A stretch of 63,758 nucleotides of DNA, the filler included, from Reclinomonas americana ATCC 50394 (taxonomy: Eukaryota): NCBI GenBank assembly GCA_048213135.1. It is 4 parts of 2 records of this genome, joined end to end, with 100 filler letters (N's around TTAATTAATTAA, not from the genome) between each part and the next. Parts side by side here need not be neighbours in the genome. Positions count along the whole stretch, not along the records: positions 1 to 27,387 come from PS015030.1; positions 27,488 to 54,164 come from PS015030.1; 2 more parts are not named here. The stretch is one strand, 5' to 3'. A program made the translations under genes and the position numbers. Below are positions 20,588 to 34,800 of the stretch, piece after piece. A model generated the notes under the pieces. That model did no database searches, was not told the origin of the DNA, and saw nothing but the letters and a program-made list of their open reading frames with translations. Every line of letters begins with the position of its first letter. Position 1 is the first letter of the stretch.

Positions 20588-23500
20588 CTATGCAAAGTTA
20601 AACACCGATGTACCCGTCACGGGCGCCGCCGAGAACTCATTTTCATCCAGCTCGTCGTCCGACGAGGAGATGTAGCCACCGGTGGAGGTGGGTGCATCGG
20701 TGGTGGCCTCGATCACCGTCAGCCGATCGCGCTCCTTCATCTCCATGTCGGACACAATCACCGACAACTCTGCTGGGTCCAGTAAAGGCCGCTCCAGCGT
20801 GCCGAGCCGGCGGAAACTCGAGTTGGGGGCCATGGATCGTCGAAAAGCCGCAAACGAGCGGACTTCGTCGCGGGAGAGGCGTGAGCCGCACAGCAGCGAC
20901 CAGAAGCGACGGGTGTTCATGCGGAAGAAGATGTAGGCTTCGCAGTTGAGTGCGACGGCGGAGGAGGAGCTGACGAGGAGGGCCAGGGTGACGGCCGTGA
21001 GGTAGAAGGTCTGCGCGCAAAGGGGACGGTACGGAGGAAAAGGGAGGTGAGATGGGGAAAGCAAGAGAAGGAGAGCACTCGATCCATTCAACAGCGGCCG
21101 GCAAGCACTCAACGATTCCCAGCGCCAACTTGAAGGTGGCGGGACGCCTGGTGGATCCAATCACTGCCTCGAAAAAGTGCTCATACGTGTCGAACCGGAA
21201 GAAGACATCTGTGGGCGACGTTAACGACGAGAGAGATGGACACGACAAGGCGGAACTAACCCAGCAGCGTCACCATCAGCTGTAATCTGGTGAGCGAGAG
21301 AATCTCGTTCTTGGCAAACGGATGCAACTCGACGCGAGTGTTCTTGCGCAGAACGATCTCGCACACAACGTTGATGATAATGTACACAAACTGCATGCGT
21401 GTGGTGGGGAGGGTGAGTAGCATTCCAGCGGGCGGTGAGCAGGCGTATGTAACTTCAAATCTGCAATGCAAAATGTGAGAACAAAAAACACCTTTGCGTG
21501 CGGCACACCGACAGCGAACGCAACAGTTGCACGGTGATGTTCCACACACTGTAGCCGAGGACGTAGGGACCGGCATAGGTGCAAATGCCACCAAAAGCGA
21601 TGCCGGCTTTGTAGGCCCAGGAGAGAATGGCGAACACGAGACTGCAGGGCGATGAGGGGGTGAGTGTGGGGAGAGAGGGGGGCGTGGACGCGTGCGCAAA
21701 TCGTGGCGACCTTGGGATGCTGACAATGACCAGCGCCCAAAAGTAGAGCCAGCCGAGTTGATTGCGGTACTGTGAGGCAGGGAGTGAGGGGGGAGGGAAA
21801 GGAGGGAGGGAGAATGGGGGATAGTGGGAGAAAAGAGGGAAACGAGCGAACAGGAGAGAGAAGATGGAATGAGAGAGAGAGAGAGAGAGAGAGAGACGGA
21901 GGGAGGGACGAAGAGACGAGGTGGACAAAGAAAGAGAAACGAGCGAGCAGGAGAAAGAAGTGGGATAACGTGCAGGGGAACCGACAAGTAAAATGTGAGT
22001 GAGAAGTGAGATTCTAGAAGAGAGGGACGAGGAGAGCGAGAGTGGCATGACAGCGAGAATGGATGTGCAAGCAAGAGAGAGGGAGAGGACACGATGAGCA
22101 AGACAGCAAGCGACTGAGAATTGTGAGATAGAGCAACCGAATGAGAAAGAGGGCGACAGGAAAGAAAACAACTGCGAGAAACAAACAAGTCGACAAAACA
22201 CTGGGAGCGAGAGAAAGAGAGGGATGGAGAGAAAGGAAGACACGACGGGAACGACACATAGAGAAAGTGAGGACCAAATGCAAGAGAATTCGAAAGATGG
22301 AAGGGACACGGAGAGCAAGAGGAAACAGAAGCCGAAAGCGACAGAACAGATAAGAGAACGCGAGAAAACTGGGAGCGAGAGAACGGGAGCACGAGAAGAC
22401 AGTCAGAGACACTAAAGGCGATGACATGCGTGATCACAAACCCGCATGCACAGTTTGGTGTAAAACAATGGGAGGATCCTGTGTGACGAGGGCGAGTTAG
22501 GCGCAGCATGACGAGTCAGCATCGCTCAAGCACGCAACGCCTGCAACTGGTACACCAACTGACAGAGGAGAGGGGACAGCAGTGAGCAAAGGATCTCACA
22601 TATCACCCAGTCAACATTCACCCTCACCAGCGTATTCTGCGCAAAGTGAAACGTGAGGCGTGCAGCCGGCACGAACTGCCAGCAGGCGTTGTTGAGAGTG
22701 GGATTGATGGTGCGGACGATGAGTTCGATGGGGTACAGAGCGGGGATGCTCATCTGTTGTGTAAGGAGAGAGAGAAGGGAAGGAGAGGGCAGAGAGAAAG
22801 GGAGAGTGAGGGAGAGAGAGGGAGAGAGAAGTAAGGAAGAGTGGGAATGGATAAAGAGAGAGGAGAGATCATGAGAGAAAATGGAGAGAAATGGGGGGAC
22901 AGAGAAAGTGTGTGTGTGAGAGAGAGAGAGAGTGCGAAGGGAGAGCGAGGAGGAGGAAAAGCGAGAAACAAGAGGGACTGAGGGCGAAGGGAGAGAGAGA
23001 CACACAGACAGACATACAGACAGACACAGAGAGTGTGTCTGTGTGTGTGAAAGACATGCAGGCAGACAGGTACAAACAGTAGCAGAGAGGATGGAGAGAA
23101 GGAAGAACGAGAGAGGGGAGAGAGAAAAGGGACAGGCAGGTAGACGCACAGACAGACGGACAGACAGGCAAGCAGAGACATACAGATGCAGAGAGAGAGA
23201 GAGAGAGAGGCCAAGAAAAAGACAGAGAATTGCAATATCAGCATACAGGGGTCCGAGCGGACGACAATCTTTTCTCTGTCTCCCCACTCGCCATCAGCAG
23301 CTTGATGATTTGCCCGCGCTCTTTGCAAACACAGACAAGTGAGTGAGCAAGGAGAGCAATGTGAGAAAAATGTGAGCGCGCGAAACTTCCTGCAGAGATA
23401 TCCCTGTACATGATCTGAGTGTGTGCATGCAGAGAGAAGGCGAGTGAGTGAGAATGAGTGTGAGAATGAGTATGAGTGAGTGAGAAGAAATCTCCGCGAC

Positions 23501-23700
23501 TCTGCTCCTCACCATTCCACATAGTGTCTTGTAGGTGACAAAGGCGATCATTGCTGTGTGTGTGAGCAGAGTGGGTGAGTGAGAGAGAGAGAGAGAGTGA
23601 GCGGAGAATCACGGTCGCTCTGGACAGACCTCCACATGTCAGCATGAAGATGCTGCTCTGTATGGGTGTGTCGACCAGGTTGCTTGTGTTGGCCGGCATC
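20588..23700 (-). CDS. Multipass membrane protein, possibly distant OST-alpha/TMEM184-like; 5' end uncertain
   Basis: Hydrophobic exons MSIPALYPIELIVR, LGWLYFWALVIVSIP, YSVWNITVQLL, FVYIIINVVCEIV, FYLTAVTLALLV; acidic tail ending at 20588. The family assignment is only a loose pattern match. Confidence 0.55.
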
Positions 23701-23992
23701 TTGTGCGGGCCACACTCACACACACGCACACACAAGCACGCGAGAGAGAGTGAGTGTCCTGCGTCGTCCAGAAACTAACATGCATTGATCCGACGTTGCT
23801 TGACGCACAAAGACACACCAATGGATGACAGCAATAGGCTGGGGATCGAGCGGAGTCACTGGTCTCTGGCGACTGGATGAAGAACTGAACTGATAATGTC
23901 GACTTCCGCGCGACGTTGATATGTCTGAAATATTGATCGATTAGCGCCCGTGGCGGACAAGGCGCATATCAGATTTATTCCAACGATCACAC

Positions 23993-26190
23993 ATGTCTGC
24001 TCCACCGCCACCGCCACCACCACCACCACCAACACCGCCGGCCCCTCCTGCTCCTCGCGCTGCTGCTGCTGTCTCGCAGTCGTCACTGGATGGCGCACGC
24101 CGAGGTCTGCGCCACGTGGAGGCTCCGCCAGCCGCCGCCCCTGTGATTCTGCCCGAGTTTTGCACAGCGGATGTGGAGCAGTTTCAGCAGGCGGTGCTCG
24201 ACTGCAACATTGAGCGGTGGGTGCCGCGTCTCATGAGTCACGGCATCACCTTCCCCACCGAGTTCATGTCCATGACACCCGCCGAGGCGCGCGTCGTGGT
24301 GGCCAAGTACGAGCGTGAGCGGAGCAGCGCCATCGTCGGTGCCGCCTCTGGCTCNNNNNNNNNNNNNNNNNNNNNNNNNNNNNNNNNNNNNNNNNNNNNN
24401 NNNNNNNNNNNNNNNNNNNNNNNNNNNNNNNNNNNNNNNNNNNNNNNNNNNNNNNNNNNNNNNNNNNNNNNNNNNNNNNNNNNNNNNNNNNNNNNNNNNN
24501 NNNNNNNNNNNNNNNNNNNNNNNNNNNNNNNNNNNNNNNNNNNNNNNNNNNNNNNNNNNNNNNNNNNNNNNNNNNNNNNNNNNNNNNNNNNNNNNNNNNN
24601 NNNNNNNNNNNNNNNNNNNNNNNNNNNNNNNNNNNNNNNNNNNNNNNNNNNNNNNNNNNNNNNNNNNNNNNNNNNNNNNNNNNNNNNNNNNNNNNNNNNN
24701 NNNNNNNNNNNNNNNNNNNNNNNNNNNNNNNNNNNNNNNNNNNNNNNNNNNNNNNNNNNNNNNNNNNNNNNNNNNNNNNNNNNNNNNNNNNNNNNNNNNN
24801 NNNNNNNNNNNNNNNNNNNNNNNNNNNNNNNNNNNNNNNNNNNNNNNNNNNNNNNNNNNNNNNNNNNNNNNNNNNNNNNNNNNNNNGCCTGAATTCGAAC
24901 ACGAGGAGGCCACGCTCAAAAGCATGGAGGAGCGCCTGGAGGAGGTCATACAGCGTGTCAAGGATCAGTACGGGCATCTCTCGGAGTGCGGCCGCGACGT
25001 GGTGTTTGTCAGGCTCTCCTCGCGCAGTGCCAAGGACTCGTCTCTCGGCAGCGACCGATTTCGGCGAGCGTACCGTCGTATTGTGCTGGAGCGTGGCATC
25101 GATCCCCGACGACGACAACGGCAAGGTGGGCGCGCTGCTGGAGGCCGGCGCCGACCTGCTCAAGATGGCGCACGCGCACGAGGCCATCGAGTCGTTCGTG
25201 CGGAGCGAGCGCGTGTACATTGACTTGAAGCTGGCGCTGGAGCAGGGCGACAAGTTCGNNNNNNNNNNNNNNNNNNNNNNNNNNNNNNNNNNNNNNNNNN
25301 NNNNNNNNNNNNNNNNNNNNNNNNNNNNNNNNNNNNNNNNNNNNNNNNNNNNNNNNNNNNNNNNNNNNNNNNNNNNNNNNNNNNNNNNNNNNNNNNNNNN
25401 NNNNNNNNNNNNNNNNNNNNNNNNNNNNNNNNNNNNNNNNNNNNNNNNNNNNNNNNNNNNNNNNNNNNNNNNNNNNNNNNNNNNNNNNNNNNNNNNNNNN
25501 NNNNNNNNNNNNNNNNNNNNNNNNNNNNNNNNNNNNNNNNNNNNNNNNNNNNNNNNNNNNNNNNNNNNNNNNNNNNNNNNNNNNNNNNNNNNNNNNNNNN
25601 NNNNNNNNNNNNNNNNNNNNNNNNNNNNNNNNNNNNNNNNNNNNNNNNNNNNNNNNNNNNNNNNNNAAGTCAACTTTGTGGTGCGAGCGTGGGTGACGAT
25701 GCACGTGGAGGATGAGTACCGCGGCTTTGTCAACCACGGCCGCCTCAACGCCCTCTCCCAGTACAATCACCTCGTCATGTTCCCGCGGGTGGTCGAGCAA
25801 AAGGATGAGACGGCGCGACGCGTGCTCGAGTACTTTGACACCGAGGTATGTGGTGATGTCGGCTATGCTTGTGGCCATGTAAAGGCACATACTCAATGGA
25901 TGTGTGCGCGCGCGCTGCAGGTCCGCCCGTGCCTCAGCCCCGGCTTTGAGCGCTGTGTGATTGACTTTGCGGTGACTCCCGAACGCGTTTGGGTCATTGA
26001 GATCAACCCGTTCCTCGTGTCCACCGGCGACGCGCTGTTCAGCTGGGCCACCGACATGCCGTTGCTGGAGAACGGCCCGTTCGAGATGCGGGTGCGCACC
26101 GAAGTTATGCCCGGCCTGCGCACGACGCTGGAGTGGTCCGGGCGGGAGCTCGTCCGCTGGGGCGCCGAGGACTTTGCCCGCGACGAATGA
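23993..26190 (+). CDS. Cdc123/D123-like (R2K) ATP-grasp protein with an apparent 1-nt frameshift at 25104-25107
   Basis: FVRLSSRSAKD, SERVYIDL, VRAW..EYRGFV..LNALSQY, VIDF..VIEINPF..LFSW. Intron 25846-25920. Two gaps. Confidence 0.8.
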
Positions 26191-26336
26191 GAAGAGATAG
26201 GGAGAGAGAGAGAGAGAGAGCAAAGAGAGAGAGAGAGAGAGACATTGAAGCAGCGCATCTGGATCCATTAGTCTCGGATGAGCAAAGATCAAGTGGGAGA
26301 GTGATAAACGATATCAAGGCGCACCAGTGTCCTTGT

Positions 26337-26416
26337 GCAGAGGAGATTGTTGTTGACACTCGTGAGGAGGAAGTCGACGATGCAGCGATGAGGCGGTGGC
26401 GGGAGAGGCGAGGGTG
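26337..26416 (+). repeat. Partial copy of 27032-27110 (first exon of the downstream transporter gene)
   Basis: gcagaggagattgttgttgacactcgtgaggagga.gtcgacgatgcagcgatga occurs twice. Confidence 0.9.
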
Positions 26417-26950
26417 ACGAAAGGAGAAGAGATATAGAAGGGGGCAAGAAATGCACATTGCCTTGAGGGGAGACAGTATCGGCAATTTGTACATGTACAA
26501 AAACNNNNNNNNNNNNNNNNNNNNNNNNNNNNNNNNNNNNNNNNNNNNNNNNNNNNNNNNNNNNNNNNNNNNNNNNNNNNNNNNNNNNNNNNNNNNNNNN
26601 NNNNNNNNNNNNNNNNNNNNNNNNNNNNNNNNNNNNNNNNNNNNNNNNNNNNNNNNNNNNNNNNNNNNNNNNNNNNNNNNNNNNNNNNNNNNNNNNNNNN
26701 NNNNNNNNNNNNNNNNNCGAAAATGCTTGCTGTTTCGAACACTTCCTTTGCTTTTCACTGTCTCTTCTGCTGCATGAGGAAGAAGAAGTGCATAGCAGTC
26801 ACCACTGCCTTCTCAGCTCTACATTGCTGCAAACGATGTTGCAAGAGGGACATTCATCGTTTTGTGCATGCATTTTCGCTCGCTCTTGCACTCATTGTCA
26901 CCACTCCGTCCTTTGTCTCACTCTCACTCTTCTCATTCTCACTCAGTGAG

Positions 26951-27135
26951 ATGTCGCACTCACCTCACGCGGTGCCTATCAACGGCGCACCTCGCTTCTC
27001 CAAGCTCCCCGCGGGAAACGATGATGATGATGCAGAGGAGATTGTTGTTGACACTCGTGAGGAGGAGGTCGACGATGCAGCGATGAAGGCAGTGGCGGGA
27101 GAGGCGAGGGCGACTGTGTTGTATGCGAGGCGGTG
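26951..27135 (+). CDS. First exon of a probable FLVCR/SLC49-like MFS transporter, truncated by the scaffold end
   Basis: ATG, acidic N-tail, then VLYARRW followed by a gtgagt donor. YxRRW precedes TM1 in this family. Confidence 0.5.
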
Positions 27136-27431
27136 GTGAGTGTGTGTGTGAGAGAGAAAGAGAGTGAGATGAGTGATTTAGTGTGTGTGTGTGTGAATGA
27201 GTGTGTGTGTGTGAGAGAGAGAGAGTGTGTGTGTGTGTGTGTGTATGTGCATCGTGCATTGCCTCTCTCTCTCGCGTGTGTGTGCATTCTCTCATTCACT
27301 GTGCAGTCGGAGAATTACTCATTCAATGCTCACTCTGTCTCTCTTTCTCCTCCTCCACTCACTCTCTCTCAGTCTCTGCACTCTCTCNNNNNNNNNNNNN
27401 NNNNNNNNNNNNNNNNNNNNNNNNNNNNNNN

Positions 27432-27443
27432 TTAATTAATTAA
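27432..27443. other. Artificial scaffold linker TTAATTAATTAA (six-frame stop)
   Basis: Palindromic 12-mer flanked by N runs; identical copies at 54209 and 59811. Confidence 0.97.
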
Positions 27444-27489
27444 NNNNNNNNNNNNNNNNNNNNNNNNNNNNNNNNNNNNNNNNNNNNTG

Positions 27490-28481
27490 ATGGAGATGCC
27501 GGTCAAGCCGCTCGAGTTGGATGGCATCGCCGCGCAGGAGAATGTGGTGCCACCTCCTCCTCCGCCCCCACCACAACAGCAGGAGCACAAGGCGGCAGCT
27601 TCGAGCAAGGTAGTTGCTGAACATGCACGCACGCGCATCCCCTTCTTCCTCTCATCCCCCCTCCCCGCCCCACAGCCCTCTGGTATTCCTCTTCCTGGTT
27701 CTTTCACTGCTCGTCGGGCAGCAGCAGCTGCAGCCGCCGCCGCCGCCGCCTCCACGGTTTCTGTGGAGCCTGTCGGCGCCAATGGAGAAGACGAGAGTGT
27801 GGATGGACTGTCGGCACTGGAGATCAAGAAGCGGCAGCTCGCTCGGGTGCGCGCCGAACGCGTTCTGTTGCAGCAGCGACGCCGCCAGATGCAAGACGAG
27901 CAGAGCGGCGCCGCGGTTGCCACCGCCACTCCGACAAAGGCCACTTCACCGCCGCGGGCAGATCCGTCGCCTGCCAAGACCATTGTCCCCACCTCACCAG
28001 CCCCGGCGGAGGTAGTCGTCCCCTTCACTGCCAAAACGCCACTCGCCAAGCACCCCATCGCCAGCGCAGCAACACAATCTGCTGCTCCACACCTATCGTC
28101 AGCTTCATCTCGCCTGAGATGGGCACCGGTTCTGTGCGAGTACAGTGACGCCGACGATGCGCCGCGCTTCACACCGCATTTGCAAAAGACCGCCCCGCGT
28201 GTCATGTCCAGCGTGCTGCGCGTGGTGCGTGTGCTGACTGCCATTTCTTCACTCCCATCCATCCTCCTCTAACTCAATTCCCTCGCGCAGAAACACCCAA
28301 TTCCAGGCACCGTAATCGGCATTGGCATGCAGCGTCCAAAGCAGCACGCACGCCTCCGTTACAACAGCGCCAGCCCGTCAGGGCCGACTGTGCTTCATCC
28401 GCCCGCCAATGGCCGCGGAGCCAGTCGTGTACCGATTCTTCGCCCAGCGCGTACCGCCGCCCCCAGCGCCCCTGCGCGGTA
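27490..28481 (+). CDS. Hypothetical Pro/Ala-rich protein, 3' part
   Basis: 260-codon ORF with a short coiled coil (IKKRQLARVRAERVLLQQRRRQMQ). Probable intron at about 28225-28290 and a further open exon ending near 28481. Confidence 0.5.
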
Positions 28482-28607
28482 GGCGGCGTGTGACGACGTC
28501 GCAAACGCCTGTGTTTTGAATATTTTTGTGTGTCTTGTCTTCCTCCTCCTCTATCTGAAATCGCCGGTCGCCATGTATCTGTCGTCCTTGTTGCAACCTG
28601 CCGTCCG

Positions 28608-31707
<3,100 letters not shown>

Positions 31708-31832
31708 TCAAGGGTGTAAGCATGTCCTTTGTGTAAGGTTCTCATGCAGGACTTGGCCAGACCGGCGCTTTGTTTGATCTCCTTCTTCTTCTTCTTCTCC
31801 TCCCTTTCCCTTCCCCCATTCTTGTTGTACAC

Positions 31833-34800
31833 TCATTGATCATCATCTGCCTTCTCAACTTCGCCTTCCCCTTCAGCGACAAGTGCCAGCAGCGGGCGCC
31901 GAGGTGTCACTGCATGATGCAGGTCGAAAGTGGGCGAGTCCTCTTCGTCGGGCGATCCAGGCACCGGTGGCATCGCAAGAGGCTTCAAAACCAAGTCGTG
32001 GTGAGCGTGCCAGGTCAACGGCGACGTTGGCATGTGGCGGTGGTGCAATGATGCTGGTGGTGGCGACGGTGGCAACGGAGGCGGCGTTCGCAGAAGAGGG
32101 CCCACGCCAATTCCACTTTCGGGGCTGACACCGTCGAACGCGCATCGCACACTTTTGAGCTGCCGCTCGTGCTCGTCGCGCAGCCGCTTCTGCAGTCGCC
32201 GCTTGCGCAAGAACCACAACAGCAGCAGAAGCAGCAATAGGAGAAACAGCAGCGGCAGGACCACGCTGAGCGCAATCGCCCAGCTGGCGAGGCCGCGACT
32301 CCCTCCGCCACTGCTGCTGCTGCTGCTGGTATCTGTTGACGACGTCGAGATCGGACCTGCGGCGAAACAACGCGAGGGAGCTGCGTCAGTCACTGCGCGA
32401 CTTGTGTGCACTGCACATGTCACGCAACTCTGCAGTGTGAACTCGGCACTCCGAGCGACCACCGATGGTTGATCGGCATCCATCACCGTCGCCTGTCAGT
32501 CAGCAGCAACAAGTGAGTGTGTCTATTTGAGAAAGAAGAAGAGAGCAGAGCAGAGCAAATGTCACCTGATAAATGAGATCCTGACTGGCAAGCGACGAGG
32601 CCGCCGAGAAGCTGATGCTGTTAAACACGTCGTCGGCAGCAGCACGTGAACTCGTGCTGTTGCTCTCCGCTGTGTTCACACATTAGAAATGAGACGAAAA
32701 GTCCACCTCCAACCGACAGCAACAGCGTGGACACGCAACTGCACGTCGATGTAATGTTGAACGCTACGATCCAGAAATGCTGTGCACTGGCACCCGAAAC
32801 CACCACGTGATTGAGGCTGCCAATAACTGCAACGAAATCGCACACGGCAAGTTAGTTCACGGAGATCGCGACAGCATGGTAGCAGCATGCCACGAAACTC
32901 GCAGTCGACGGCAGGCCAATTACAGACGTCGCATTGGTCGCGACGCCACTGCCAGTGACAACGGCGGTCGAGTTACGCGGATTGGCAGTGAGCAATACGT
33001 GCACGCGCTGTGAGGCCGCGGCTCGACGCAGACACTGCCACTTGAGTGTGTAACCGTCCGTGTACTCGAGTACCGGAGTCGTTGTCGTGTTCGTGTTCAT
33101 GACGGGTTGCAACGGAGGAGCTGCGGAAGAAGAAGCCAACAGAGTCAGTGCAAGCATCAATGGATCACAGGAGAGGTGCTACAACAAGAGGTGGTGGCAC
33201 GATGCAAATACAAGCACCGTACTCTCAACCACATCAAGAAAACACAGTGGAGCCCTGAACACGTTGTGGTGGCACAATGCAAGGCGGTTCGATCTGATCA
33301 AGTCTCGTCCATGCACTCTGCTCTATGTCTCGCTTACTGCGTTCACGATGCAAATACAAACACCAGACGGTGCCTATGCCGACGTCGACTGTGCCTTCGA
33401 TCTGACCACCTCTCGTTCTGCCGCACTTGCCTCGTTCACCTTTCCTCTCATTGTCTCTCAGCCTCTATTTTCCTCCACCACACCGCCCTCCCACTTTCCC
33501 ATTACTATCCCTCCTATTATCGAATGCCTAACTCGTACTTAATTTCGTGCCTTCTCCGCCACTCCCTCTCTCCCAACTCACCCAACACTGACAGCACATC
33601 GGATAGAGCGGGGGGCATCGGCAACGCAGTACCCGAGTGCTCCAGGCCAACTTGCACTCCGTCACCAACCATCTCCGTCGGCATTGCGAACGTGAACCGC
33701 CGCGACTCTCGTGCACAGGCGGCATCCACACGGTCCGCCAGAACACGCCTTCGCGACCCCTGCTGCACAAACACTCGCAGACCGGCAGCATCGGTCACCG
33801 CGCTGTTGCACGACCACTCCACATTGGCCTCCTGGCCTGCATACAACGCGTCGAGCTTGGTCGACAGCACCGATGACACCGCCAGCACAAAGCCTGTGCG
33901 TGGAGAGAGAGAGAGAGTCAGCACAAAATCGCTACTTTTCAATTGCTGCAACACACAAACTGAGTACCAATCCTGCATTTACACACGCACTCCTCCTCTC
34001 TCTCTCATGAGTTGAGCGACTCTGCACTTCACTTGCAGAGAGAGTACATAAACACACTGATCTCTTCCCCCTCATCATCGAAGAAGCAAAGGGACTCGCT
34101 CTGCAGCTCCTCTCTTTCTGCGTCCCCTATCTCCCATTCATTTTCCATGCAAACTCTAATGCGCTCGATTTTCTCTTCTCATCCCTCCAGCCGCACTCTC
34201 CGTCTCCCTTTAGCGTACACTCTCCTCATGCGCCTTCCTCTCTTTCCATTTCCTCTCCTTCCCCTTCACTGTCCCCAAACCCCACATCGACTCGTTTTCT
34301 ATTCCCCTCCCTCCTGCCTCACTCACTGCCTATCTTTTCCTCGCACTCTCCTCATGCGAGTTCCTCTCTTCCCTCTCTTTCAACTTCCCCTCTCTCCCCC
34401 TTCCCCTCTTTCCCCTTTCCCCTCTTCACCCCTCTCCTCATCAAACTCACGTTGCACGGCAAATGACAGCGTCCTCAACGCCACGTTGCGCAGATTGTCG
34501 TACACCTCCACCTGATACGTGTCGGTCTTCACCTCGGCAGGCAGCGTCCACACATACACGTTCTTCGCGTCCCATTGCGGTGAACATCGCACCGGCGACA
34601 CCGCCGCCGTCGCCTCCACCGCCGACGATGTGAGGCTGCTGACGGCACGAATCAAGCGCAGCTGCATGGACCGCGTGGCGGGATTGTTGCACTGCCAACC
34701 GACTTCGATATCCTCACCGGCCACCACCACCGCCACGTCGCCATCGGCCGCCCGCACTGACGCATTGCGCAACTGCGTGCGATACAACTGCGGTACCTGG

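Noticed and set aside
27432-27443. Palindromic TTAATTAATTAA (also 54209, 59811) as a biological site
   Set aside because: Identical six-frame-stop linker inside fixed N padding; it marks concatenated scaffolds.
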